Below, in pieces: positions 6,884 to 15,309 of a stretch of DNA of 37,378 nucleotides. The first letter of the stretch is position 1, and every line of letters starts with the position of its first letter. Under the pieces are notes generated by a model. The model was not told where the DNA came from. It did not search any database and worked only from the letters and a program-made list of their open reading frames with translations. Source of the stretch: a virus; the IMG/VR virus record IMGVR_UViG_3300010234_000030, positions 1 through 37,378 of that record. One strand, 5' to 3'. A program made the position numbers and the translations under genes.

Positions 6884-8566
6884 CTATTTGTTATCGTGTG
6901 GCGCAATACTAACAAGACTATCGTTAGTCTCTACTTTGTAACCTCTTCTTATTGCTTCACTCGTGCTTATTACTTCTGCTAATGGGCTGTTTACATCTAC
7001 TTTTCTGCCTTTTCTCAAGTAAATAACCCTATTCCATTTATGTTTGCAAGTGCCTCCTGGGAATGTTTCACTTAATAACCCACCACCTTTGTAAAGCCAT
7101 ATTGAATAGGTATCAGTTCCATCCATACCAAAGCCAGGATTAACGGGCTTGCTCCCCATCTGTATTATGTCCTCTTTTCGGTAAATCTTACCTGCATTTA
7201 TCATCTTTTTACAAAACTCTCTTTCAGGGTTTTTGTTTCCAGTGTATTTGTATCTTACTATTATATCCTCATTGTCTTGCGAACTTTTCGAGTTTGGTCG
7301 TGCCGTTCCAGTACTTGCAAGTTCTATCTTATCATCATTATAGTCTACTTCTCTTTCATCTATTAAGTAATGTGTTTCCGTGGGTTCATCTTCACCCATT
7401 GCGATAAACTCATCTAGTGCGCTCGCTTTTTTTTTTAACTCTGCCACTACTGGCTCTGTTTCTTCTTCCTCTGTTTCTTCTTCCTTTGTTAACGGCTTAA
7501 ATCCTAATTCAATGTTTAGATCGTAAAACCTTGCTATATCTTGTAACGCTTCAATTATATAATCCTGTTTTGGTGTTATGACTCTTTTAACAAGTTGCTT
7601 CTCTGCCATATCCATTTCATCCGCAGTACTAGCAAAGCCAGTATTAGGAATAATACCTACAATACTAGGAGAAGTACATTTGTGAGAGCGTAGTATTTTC
7701 GATTCCGATAACTCTGTTAAAAAATCCCATTGTTTATGAGCATCACTAACCTCCATTACCTCTACGGTTATCTGCTTTTCTGCGTCACTAAAATTCATAA
7801 CTATTTTACCAGAATTGCTGCTACCTGATAATTTTTCAGTTATTTCTTTTTTTAGTTCTTTTTTTTCCTCTGTATTTAAATCCGCACCTATTGGGAAGTT
7901 TATAATATACCCAAAAGACAAGCCGTTTTTTATGTGGTTAATCGAAAAGTTGCTGATCTCTTCTTCTAATTCCGCATACTGCAATCCACTTAAATAGTCG
8001 GGATCAGAAAAATACTCTTTCCCTGCTCTGTATGGTTTTATAACATATACCTGTGTTTCTTTTTGCGATGTTCCAAATACTGGAAACTCTTCTGGTTTGT
8101 TTTCGGGCTTATATTGTTTATCCCAATCCTTACTGTGCCAATAACTTAGTATTTCGCAATCTTCGTTTTGAATGGATGGGATTGTCTTTTCTTTTGCTAT
8201 GTGATATATTGTAGGTAGATTTTTACTAACCCGTTTTGGAACTATTTGCATTGAAGCTTCACCAAATATTTGAAAATCAGAAACAACCTTTTTAACCTCC
8301 CTAGGTCTTAGCATAGTTGAGAATGTTAAAAAATCATCTGGCGATCCACTTTTAAGGTATAAACCCCTTCCGTAGATAAGATTTATATAAGAGTCGTTTA
8401 TGGCTGAATTTGTAGGGCTACCATTGTGTCTATCGATAATATATTGGTAAAACTCGTTTTTTCTACCATTCATTACCCAGTTTTGAGTTTTATTCTCAAC
8501 AACTTTAGGTCGAACGTAGTTACTCATTTGAATAACCTGTATATTATTATCTTTTTTAGTAGACAT
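6884..8566 (-). CDS. Portal protein with C-terminal MuF/SPP1-gp7-like extension (putative fusion)
   Basis: 560 aa. The portal-like core shows GSPTNSAINDSYINLIYGRG and WDFLTELSESKILRSHKCTSPSIVG. An acidic linker (EEETEEEETE) follows. The C-terminal ~150 aa contain EREFCKKMINAGKIYRKEDI ... YKGGGLLSETFPGGTCKHKW, which looks like a head-morphogenesis domain. Confidence 0.7.
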   Translation of the reverse strand: MSTKKDNNIQVIQMSNYVRPKVVENKTQNWVMNGRKNEFYQYIIDRHNGSPTNSAINDSYINLIYGRGLYLKSGSPDDFLTFSTMLRPREVKKVVSDFQIFGEASMQIVPKRVSKNLPTIYHIAKEKTIPSIQNEDCEILSYWHSKDWDKQYKPENKPEEFPVFGTSQKETQVYVIKPYRAGKEYFSDPDYLSGLQYAELEEEISNFSINHIKNGLSFGYIINFPIGADLNTEEKKELKKEITEKLSGSSNSGKIVMNFSDAEKQITVEVMEVSDAHKQWDFLTELSESKILRSHKCTSPSIVGIIPNTGFASTADEMDMAEKQLVKRVITPKQDYIIEALQDIARFYDLNIELGFKPLTKEEETEEEETEPVVAELKKKASALDEFIAMGEDEPTETHYLIDEREVDYNDDKIELASTGTARPNSKSSQDNEDIIVRYKYTGNKNPEREFCKKMINAGKIYRKEDIIQMGSKPVNPGFGMDGTDTYSIWLYKGGGLLSETFPGGTCKHKWNRVIYLRKGRKVDVNSPLAEVISTSEAIRRGYKVETNDSLVSIAPHDNK

Positions 8567-8861
8567 ATGTATCTTTTGTTATTTTGTAGTCTTCTGGTGT
8601 TTGGTCTGTGCTTATCATTTTACCCCTATACACAACAACTCCTGACTCTTTAAGTGTTATCTGGTATTTATTGTTGTTTGGGTAAGTGCCTTGTAAAAGG
8701 AAATCTAATATCCCGTTGTTTATTGAATATGAAACGTCTAAAAACTCTTGTGATGCATTTGTAGCTTCAAGTATAATGGTCAAATCCAACTGTGTAGTCG
8801 GGTAGTGCCTAGGCACTAAATATACTTTTTGTTCGTTTAAACTCGGTAGAATAACCTTCAT
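8556..8861 (-). CDS. Hypothetical structural-module protein
   Basis: 101-aa beta-rich ORF whose stop overlaps the portal start. No motif recognised. Confidence 0.5.
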   Translation of the reverse strand: MKVILPSLNEQKVYLVPRHYPTTQLDLTIILEATNASQEFLDVSYSINNGILDFLLQGTYPNNNKYQITLKESGVVVYRGKMISTDQTPEDYKITKDTYVY

Positions 8862-8873
8862 ATATGCAATTTA

Positions 8874-8905
8874 AGAAAAAAGCCTAATATAACATATCAG
8901 GCTTT
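8874..8905 (-). terminator. Rho-independent terminator (- strand) after the 172-aa tube-like gene
   Basis: The stem pairs AAAGCCT (8879-8885) with AGGCTTT (8899-8905) around a 13-nt loop. On the - strand it is followed by TTTTTTCTT. Confidence 0.6.
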
Positions 8906-8924
8906 AATATAATTTTTATGTAAA

Positions 8925-9443
8925 CTACGCTACTAAAGCCAAAAACGCTGTTACGGTTGCTGAATCCAATTTAGGGCTAAAATCCCCAGTTTGCGATGTC
9001 AATGTCAATGTGTAACCGTTTAAGTCGGTTCTTGCGCCTCCTGTTGTTGCGTCGATGGTCGCGTCTAAACCATCCTCAATTCCAATAGCGTGGTAAACTC
9101 CATTTCTATCCTTTATCACTGCTTGGGTATAACCCTTCGCAAGTTTATCCAATTGATCTGATGTTGTTGCGTCTTGTTTTTTTAGAACTATTGTAGCAGT
9201 TTGTGTATTTACTGCTGTCCCGTTTTGTCTTTCTGCTATGAAATTTTCAACCAACGTATTACCATCACCTTCTATTTCATACTTATAAACAACTGTTAAC
9301 AACGGGTTTATTCCTGTCGCCTCACCTGCTACAATCGTGAAAGGGTCTTCTACGTAGTTGAATAGGTATAACTCCCTAGACCCCCCAGAGCTGTCTTTAC
9401 AATTCTTTGTTCTTCCTGATGTTATGTCACTAGTACAAGCCAT
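8925..9443 (-). CDS. Abundant virion protein, major tail (tube)-like or decoration protein
   Basis: 172 aa, bracketed by hairpin terminators directly after the capsid gene. The N-terminal CKDSSGGSRELYLFN strand plus KDRNGVYHAIG and DLNGYTLTL are shared with the N-domain of 5148..6395. Confidence 0.5.
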   Translation of the reverse strand: MACTSDITSGRTKNCKDSSGGSRELYLFNYVEDPFTIVAGEATGINPLLTVVYKYEIEGDGNTLVENFIAERQNGTAVNTQTATIVLKKQDATTSDQLDKLAKGYTQAVIKDRNGVYHAIGIEDGLDATIDATTGGARTDLNGYTLTLTSQTGDFSPKLDSATVTAFLALVA

Positions 9444-9456
9444 TTATTATAATGTT

Positions 9457-9482
9457 TTAAAAAGGGGTTAACTAAAACCCCT
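9457..9482 (-). terminator. Rho-independent terminator/attenuator (- strand) after the capsid gene
   Basis: The stem pairs AGGGGTT (9463-9469) with AACCCCT (9476-9482) around a 6-nt loop. On the - strand it is followed by TTTTT. Confidence 0.6.
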
Positions 9483-9491
9483 ATGTTTATA

Positions 9492-10514
9492 TTATCCTAC
9501 GTATAAAACGTTAAAGTTTTGGTTTGCTACGTGCGCCCCTATAGACATTACAGATTTTAAGAAATAATCTTCTCTGTTGTTTGCAATTTTATCCATCTTC
9601 ATTGTGTTAACATCTGATACCAAATCAGTAACCCAAAACAAGTGACTTTTTTTAGCACAAAGCATTACATTTTCTGGAATTGGAACAAACGCTATTGTCA
9701 ATCCATTGAATGAATAAGTGTCACCGTTTACATCAAAAGCATCTTTAAAATTAGCAACATTGTTGTTGAAAATATTAATAAGCTGTTTGTGAGAATAAGG
9801 CACGTATATCGTTGGAAGCTCTCCATTTTCTAAAACCTCCGCAGGAATAGCCGTATAAAGCTTATCATATTCCGCTTTGATCGTTGACGCATCAATAGTA
9901 GAACCTACTACTTTTATTCTTTCCCCCACTGCTGCTGCACCTCCATCCCTGGACGTATTGTAAAGCAACTTTGTGATTAAACCATCAAACTCGCCATCTA
10001 TTCCCAAAGAAGCTGCTGCCATTGCTTGTTCTTCTGCTCCTATAGAGGTGTTTGGCGCCCCTGGTGTTAAACCTGCTATGGTAGCCAATGTAGCAGATGT
10101 AGCTCCTTTCCAAAAGTTTATTTCTGCACTTAATGAAATTCTTTTAGCGTAAATACCGCCAATTACAACTCTTTCAAATTCAGTGCTAAAGTTCTCCCAA
10201 GCCCCTGGCTTCATACTTCTTTTGTACCTAGAAAACCTTAATGTTTCAGGGTCGAACTCTTGATAAAACATAACTTTTAATGGCGTAACCTTTGTATCCC
10301 AAGAGTTCAGAGCCCCTTGTGTTGTAGGATCCCCACTAATCCAAGCCTGCATTGTTGCCGTTGCGTCTGCTTCTGTGAAAATAGTTTCCGCTTTTACATC
10401 GTCTTCAAAAGTCACCAAACCTTTGTCTAATGTGTTGTTGTTAAATAAAATTTCTTCGATGATCGGCTCTGCTGCCACACCTAAAATTTCTAGTGAATTA
10501 CCTGTTATCGCCAT
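9492..10514 (-). CDS. Major capsid protein (putative, HK97-fold expected)
   Basis: 340 aa, directly downstream of the protease-scaffold gene and followed by a terminator. Size and position are typical of major capsid proteins, but I have no motif-level proof. Confidence 0.6.
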   Translation of the reverse strand: MAITGNSLEILGVAAEPIIEEILFNNNTLDKGLVTFEDDVKAETIFTEADATATMQAWISGDPTTQGALNSWDTKVTPLKVMFYQEFDPETLRFSRYKRSMKPGAWENFSTEFERVVIGGIYAKRISLSAEINFWKGATSATLATIAGLTPGAPNTSIGAEEQAMAAASLGIDGEFDGLITKLLYNTSRDGGAAAVGERIKVVGSTIDASTIKAEYDKLYTAIPAEVLENGELPTIYVPYSHKQLINIFNNNVANFKDAFDVNGDTYSFNGLTIAFVPIPENVMLCAKKSHLFWVTDLVSDVNTMKMDKIANNREDYFLKSVMSIGAHVANQNFNVLYVG

Positions 10515-10680
10515 TTTTTCTTGCTTTTTTTGTTTGTTTAAAATCTTCTTCTTTCGCCCATCCTTTTTTCAATCCCAATATGGCGATACTATCGGTTATG
10601 TTGCTATTGTCTAATTTGCTGTTAACCCCGTAAGGTCTAAGGACAACACCATCTTTCAATATGTATTTCCTATTTTTCAT
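10498..10680 (-). CDS. Hypothetical small protein
   Basis: 60-aa ORF that overlaps both neighbours, by 11 nt and 17 nt, in the head operon. Confidence 0.35.
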   Translation of the reverse strand: MKNRKYILKDGVVLRPYGVNSKLDNSNITDSIAILGLKKGWAKEEDFKQTKKARKNGDNR

Positions 10681-11797
10681 TAGCTCTATAATATCTTCTT
10701 TTTTCTAATTCAGTCATTTTAGAAAACTCCACAGGACTTGCTGTTTTAACTGGTTTTCTAATCTCCGTGTTCGACAACTCGACAACTTCTTTTTTCAACT
10801 CTTCATTTTCCTTCTTCAAATCTTCTGTTTGCTTGGAAAACTCTGTTTTGATCTCTTCAATCTTTTTGTCCGTGTCTTCGCTGTATTTAATCAATAATGA
10901 TTTAATCTGGTTTGTCAAATCGTCGTTAGAAGCTTCTGGTTTTGCTTCTGGTGCTTGCTCTTCTGCCATTTCTTGTTGTTCTTTTTGTTTAACTTCTGTT
11001 ACTGTTGAGTCTTCCGAAACAACTACAACCCCCATTTCTGTTTCATAATCACCCATAGGCAATGGCAATCTCTCACCATCTTCTGTTTGTGACCAAACGG
11101 CAGCTCCTTGCATTATTTCTTCTCCATCGAAATAAATGTCTATGTTGCCATCCGAGGTTTTAACCGTTCCGAATTTTACTTCTTCTTTTTTTAAGAAGTT
11201 TTTAGTAAACCATACTTTAAGGTCTGCAAAAACATCTTTCTCTTGCTCTTCTGCCATTTTTATACTTGATTTTAAGTTAATTTCTTGTAGGTCTACCATA
11301 GCATCTATGCTAAAGCCTTGTACCTTTCCTGTTTTTACGTATTCATTCCATATTTCATCATTGTCCACTTTCATAGAAGCCATCCAAGTTCCTTTGGGGT
11401 AACTAAAACCGTAAACATTTGACTTGTCGTTTTTTGGGTCTTCAACTATCCAACTTTCTACAAAAGAAACATTTGGTATTTTATCCTCTTTGCTATGTTC
11501 TATTGTTGAATTCCTTTGATAACCCTGTTTGAAAAAGTTGTGCGCCAAGTTTTTTATAGTCTCTTCCTTGAAAACCATATTAAACTCTTCGCCTCCTTGA
11601 TTTCTATATACAAGCTTATTGGGTTCTAATACTAGACCCATTAAAATACGCTCTTCTTTGTTTACTTCTGCTAATTGGATTTTATCTTGCTTGGAAAGCG
11701 TTATAAACAAACCTTCCATTGCAGGGTCTTCGACTAAAGATATGCCGAATACGCCATCTGTGTTGTTAGAATTAAATATAGCCTCGTATGTTTTCAT
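10670..11797 (-). CDS. Prohead protease (XkdF / S78_2-like) fused to acidic coiled-coil scaffold-like domain
   Basis: The N-terminus shows GISLVEDPAMEG ... STIEHSKED ... FVESWIVEDP ... GTWMASMKVDNDEIWNEYVKTGKVQGFSIDA, a pattern seen in XkdF-type phage proteases. The C-terminal ~170 aa are Glu/Lys-rich coiled coil. Confidence 0.6.
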   Translation of the reverse strand: MKTYEAIFNSNNTDGVFGISLVEDPAMEGLFITLSKQDKIQLAEVNKEERILMGLVLEPNKLVYRNQGGEEFNMVFKEETIKNLAHNFFKQGYQRNSTIEHSKEDKIPNVSFVESWIVEDPKNDKSNVYGFSYPKGTWMASMKVDNDEIWNEYVKTGKVQGFSIDAMVDLQEINLKSSIKMAEEQEKDVFADLKVWFTKNFLKKEEVKFGTVKTSDGNIDIYFDGEEIMQGAAVWSQTEDGERLPLPMGDYETEMGVVVVSEDSTVTEVKQKEQQEMAEEQAPEAKPEASNDDLTNQIKSLLIKYSEDTDKKIEEIKTEFSKQTEDLKKENEELKKEVVELSNTEIRKPVKTASPVEFSKMTELEKRRYYRANEK

Positions 11798-11881
11798 ATA
11801 ATAATCAAAATAAATTTAATATTATTACTATTTATTAGTAATAAAATACTATATTTGACTATTAGTTTTAGTTTGGCTAAT

Positions 11882-11889
11882 CAAATATA
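11882..11889 (-). promoter_or_regulatory. Candidate -7 box (TATATTTG on - strand) for the head operon
   Basis: The + strand CAAATATA is the reverse complement of TAnnTTTG. It lies 85 nt upstream of ATG 11797 and downstream of the terminator that follows the TMP-like gene. I saw no well-spaced -33 TTTG. Confidence 0.3.
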
Positions 11890-11934
11890 ACATTTTTTTC
11901 TCAAAAAGTTGGTTATTTTTTTGATTATTAGTAT

Positions 11935-11961
11935 AAAAGAGCGTATCGGACGCTCTTTTTT
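11935..11961 (-). terminator. Strong hairpin terminator (bidirectional shape) 4 nt after the TMP-like gene stop
   Basis: A perfect 10-bp stem, AAAAGAGCGT (11935-11944) with ACGCTCTTTT (11950-11959), encloses a 5-nt loop. U-runs follow the stem on both strands. Confidence 0.75.
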
Positions 11962-11964
11962 CGT

Positions 11965-13893
11965 TTATATAGTACTGCTTTCTATTATATTTCTATTCAA
12001 TTCCTGACTTGTTGTCATATTTGAACTAACAACAAAAGCCTCTATTGGTTGCTGCTCCCTTGCAAGACTTTCGGCTATTTGATTTGTTCCCGTTCCTTGT
12101 ACAACATTGAAGCTTGGCGCGGATGCTTCTGATCCTCCGCTACCTTGCGTGCTTCCTCCCTCTACATTTCCACCTTGCTTTAATTGACTAAGCGCGTTCT
12201 TTGTAGCTAATACGGATGAGGCTATCGATATACCTGCACCGACATTGTTTGCTGCTCTCTCCGCTGCCGCCAATGCAATCCCTCCAGGCAATGCAGCATA
12301 TTTTAAAGTAGCCGCTGCGTTTGCTGCTTGCGTGTTTATTATTGTCTTACCTACACCGACCGCATTTTCAGCTATTACAGAAGCGGCTTGTAACGCTCTT
12401 GATTTGTCACCAAGTTGTTTAATTAGGTCGATTCCTCTAGATACATTACTTATATTTGATTCTCGTATTTTCTTTTTGGCTTCCGCAACCGCCTTTTCGT
12501 CTGCTAATTGTTGTTTTAGACTTTCCGCTGCGTTTGCTGTTATTGCATTGTCTATTTCTTGCTTTCTTGATAAATATTCATTTTCAGCGTCAACCCTTGC
12601 CTGTGTTCCAAGGGCAAACAACTCCCTTTTTCTTTCAATGTCTTCTAAGATTAATTCATTTTCAATTAAAAGCTTTTCTTTTTGCTTTTCTAATTGAAGG
12701 GATTTTTCTTCTTCTTGCGATGCGTCAAACTCCAATTGCTCCAATCTTCTTTCCTTTTCTGCATCGGATAAACTTTGGTTAAGTTGTATCTGCTCTTTTA
12801 ATAAAGCGTTTCTGTTTGTTAGTTGTTCGCTTTCTTGCCCTGCAAGTCTTTCCTGTACATCAATTAAATCTGTTTGTAATTGGTATATCTCATTAGTTCG
12901 CTCTATAGTTACACCTAGTGCGTTCTGCTCTTGTTGCAATCCAGAAATCCTAGCCTTTATTGTTTTGGCTTCCACATCATTTTGAAGTCTTAATACTTCG
13001 CTTAACTCTTCGTTAGCCTCTATCCTTCTATCAATGGACAACTGCTGATCATCCCTGATTTGTCTTAGTATCTCCGCATCCTTTTGATACTGCAATTGTA
13101 GACGTTGTTGTTGAAGTGCTAGTAACTCAAAATTGTTTCGAGCCTGTGTAATGTTCTTTGCTTGCTCAATTGATGCTGATATGCTTATTTCTTTTATTCC
13201 CTCTATGGTTTTACTGGTTAATGTTCCAACCTCACCCACTGCCTCGCTAAAGTTAGTGACTACGTCTAAACCTGCTTTTACAGCTTCTTCGCCTACTTCT
13301 TTTATTTTTAATGCTGTTTCATCAAATTCCTTTTGGAGTTTATCTATTGTTTCAGGGTCTTTATCTCCAAAGAATGATTTTTCCCATATTAATTGCGCAC
13401 CAGTTATGGCTTGTTTTATTCCAAAAAATGCAAGCTTCAATGGTGTAAGTTGTAGAGTAATAAGACCACCAAGAACCTTACCCAATGCGTCAAATCCTCC
13501 TGTTGCTTCTCTTGTGTATTTAATAGCATCGATAATTACCCCAACCGTTTTATTGAATACGACATTAACAGTAGTCATTGCGGTAGAGAACAAATCGGCA
13601 ACTTCTTGGTTTGATAATAAAACATCTTTGAAAGTGTTGAATGCGGATATTATAAGACCGATTCCAATAGCCTTAAAAGCCACACCAATACCACTAATAC
13701 CCTTTTGTATCGATTTTAACCCCTTCTCGCTGTTCTTGGCACTTTTTCCTAAATCATCAACACTATCGTTTAGTTTCTCCTGTTGCTTGTCGGCTTCCTT
13801 TTGCTGCTTCACCATATCACCGAACAGGTCTTTTATATCATCTGCCGCCTGTTTGGTTTCAGCTATTATTTTTATTACTTTCTCGATCGCCAT
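11965..13893 (-). CDS. Tape measure-like protein
   Basis: 642 aa. It has N-terminal hydrophobic segments (ISGIGVAFKAIGIGLIISAF), a long central heptad-rich Gln/Glu/Leu region, and an Ala/Gly-rich C-terminus. Confidence 0.6.
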   Translation of the reverse strand: MAIEKVIKIIAETKQAADDIKDLFGDMVKQQKEADKQQEKLNDSVDDLGKSAKNSEKGLKSIQKGISGIGVAFKAIGIGLIISAFNTFKDVLLSNQEVADLFSTAMTTVNVVFNKTVGVIIDAIKYTREATGGFDALGKVLGGLITLQLTPLKLAFFGIKQAITGAQLIWEKSFFGDKDPETIDKLQKEFDETALKIKEVGEEAVKAGLDVVTNFSEAVGEVGTLTSKTIEGIKEISISASIEQAKNITQARNNFELLALQQQRLQLQYQKDAEILRQIRDDQQLSIDRRIEANEELSEVLRLQNDVEAKTIKARISGLQQEQNALGVTIERTNEIYQLQTDLIDVQERLAGQESEQLTNRNALLKEQIQLNQSLSDAEKERRLEQLEFDASQEEEKSLQLEKQKEKLLIENELILEDIERKRELFALGTQARVDAENEYLSRKQEIDNAITANAAESLKQQLADEKAVAEAKKKIRESNISNVSRGIDLIKQLGDKSRALQAASVIAENAVGVGKTIINTQAANAAATLKYAALPGGIALAAAERAANNVGAGISIASSVLATKNALSQLKQGGNVEGGSTQGSGGSEASAPSFNVVQGTGTNQIAESLAREQQPIEAFVVSSNMTTSQELNRNIIESSTI

Positions 13894-14027
13894 ACTCTTC
13901 TAATTTTATATTTAAACCCTTTCCAAGTAGTAGTATATTTATACTTCCCTTTTGCTATCTCTATATTGTTGCCACATCCATAGAAATCATTAGAATTTAA
14001 AAGCGTTATTATTTTCACTATGTCCAT
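13875..14027 (-). CDS. Hypothetical small protein (50 aa, not in ORF track)
   Basis: The ATG at 14027 lies 1 nt after the upstream stop. The ORF ends at TAA 13877-13875 and overlaps the TMP-like gene start by 19 nt (MDIVKIITLLNSNDFYGCGNNIEIAKGKYKYTTTWKGFKYKIRRVWRSRK). Confidence 0.35.
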   Translation of the reverse strand: MDIVKIITLLNSNDFYGCGNNIEIAKGKYKYTTTWKGFKYKIRRVWRSRK

Positions 14028-14028
14028 A

Positions 14029-15297
14029 TTATCCTATTTCTGTTATTACGAAATTCATTTCTGTAACTGTTATATCTGATGTTGATGTATTGTTTCTACA
14101 CCATATTTCAAGGTAGTCGTCTTTTATGAAATTCACAACACAATTGAAAGATATGTTTTCGGATTTACCAGTACCACTAGATGTAGATTTTGTTCTGGAT
14201 GGCGTCCTAACATCTAATAACTTTGAGTCATAAAAACCAAACTCGCATTGTTGGTTGTTTCCACTTTCAAAAGACAGATTACATTGTATTAGATACTTCC
14301 TAGATAATACAGCTTCACACGTCAATCTATTGTCTGTGTGTGAGAATTTAAAATTATCAACACTCGCTATAGTTGTTCCTAGTACTTTTGTAAAAACACC
14401 CAATGTTGATATTATTGTTACTGTTGCATTCCCCTGCATATACAATTGACCATTTATAAACGTATTAGTTATCCCAGTACATCTGGTAAATAATGATTCG
14501 TCACTAGAAACATCTAGTCCTGATAAATATGTGCCTCCACCTGTAAATGATATTGTGTCAAGTATGTAGCTTGCATCCTCTATAGTTGCTAAAGGGTCTA
14601 TTTTTATACCTATGGTTGAGGCAAAAGCCACAACGGAGCTATATATTATCCTTATCCTTCTACTCACTGTTGCCGTAGATAATACCTCTATGATATTGCC
14701 TGCTAAACCATCGCCTTGTAACAGTGAGTTGATAATACCTATTGTTCCCGAATCTCCATCAAAAACAAGTCCTTTTGAATTTATAAATGCCCCTGTTCCG
14801 TATATCCAATTATCAAAGTTTTTTATAGTTCCTATGTTTGGAATGTTTACAAAATTAACAGCAAACCAATCTAGCGACACATCATTTCCCAAACCATCTA
14901 AAGCAATAACTGTATCTACGTCCTTAAAAGATATGTTTCTTATAGGGGTAGTCCATACGGTTGTTAATAGAGCTACACCCACACCTAATCCTGTACTAGT
15001 TATAGATGCGTTCTCGGAAGAAGAACCCGTTATAGCTGTGTTTTCACCTCCTACAAGCCTGTCACCAGTTAGGTCTACTGCTGCTGTAAAATGATATGTT
15101 GAATTAGCTAAAAGGGTTATTATTCCACCCGATGGTGTTGGCAGATCATCTTTTGTTGACACGAATACATATTCATCTGGTGCTTTAGATGCATAAAGTT
15201 CTTCAAAGTTCTGATCTATTTTAACACCACCATCCCTTAATCCTTCTCCATCACCTGTTCCATTACCTACTCCTAAACTTATTGGTTGATATGCCAT
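14029..15297 (-). CDS. Tail spike / receptor-binding protein with beta-helix-like body
   Basis: The N-terminal GNGTGDGEGLRDGGVKIDQNFEELY matches the conserved tail-fibre N-terminal motif (GD.L...F.KIN.NF..LY). The remainder is Gly/Thr/Ile-rich and repetitive in strands, suggesting a parallel beta-helix. Confidence 0.65.
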   Translation of the reverse strand: MAYQPISLGVGNGTGDGEGLRDGGVKIDQNFEELYASKAPDEYVFVSTKDDLPTPSGGIITLLANSTYHFTAAVDLTGDRLVGGENTAITGSSSENASITSTGLGVGVALLTTVWTTPIRNISFKDVDTVIALDGLGNDVSLDWFAVNFVNIPNIGTIKNFDNWIYGTGAFINSKGLVFDGDSGTIGIINSLLQGDGLAGNIIEVLSTATVSRRIRIIYSSVVAFASTIGIKIDPLATIEDASYILDTISFTGGGTYLSGLDVSSDESLFTRCTGITNTFINGQLYMQGNATVTIISTLGVFTKVLGTTIASVDNFKFSHTDNRLTCEAVLSRKYLIQCNLSFESGNNQQCEFGFYDSKLLDVRTPSRTKSTSSGTGKSENISFNCVVNFIKDDYLEIWCRNNTSTSDITVTEMNFVITEIG

Positions 15298-15309
15298 TAT
15301 ATTATATTT

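Noticed and set aside
12245-13903. Long + strand ORFs (12245..12697, 12456..12782, 13133..13903) opposite the tape-measure-like gene
   Set aside because: These are antisense shadows of a 642-aa coiled-coil gene. Their products are low-complexity (Ser/Phe/Ala/Leu-rich) and break the uniform - strand operon. They have no start context or coupling.
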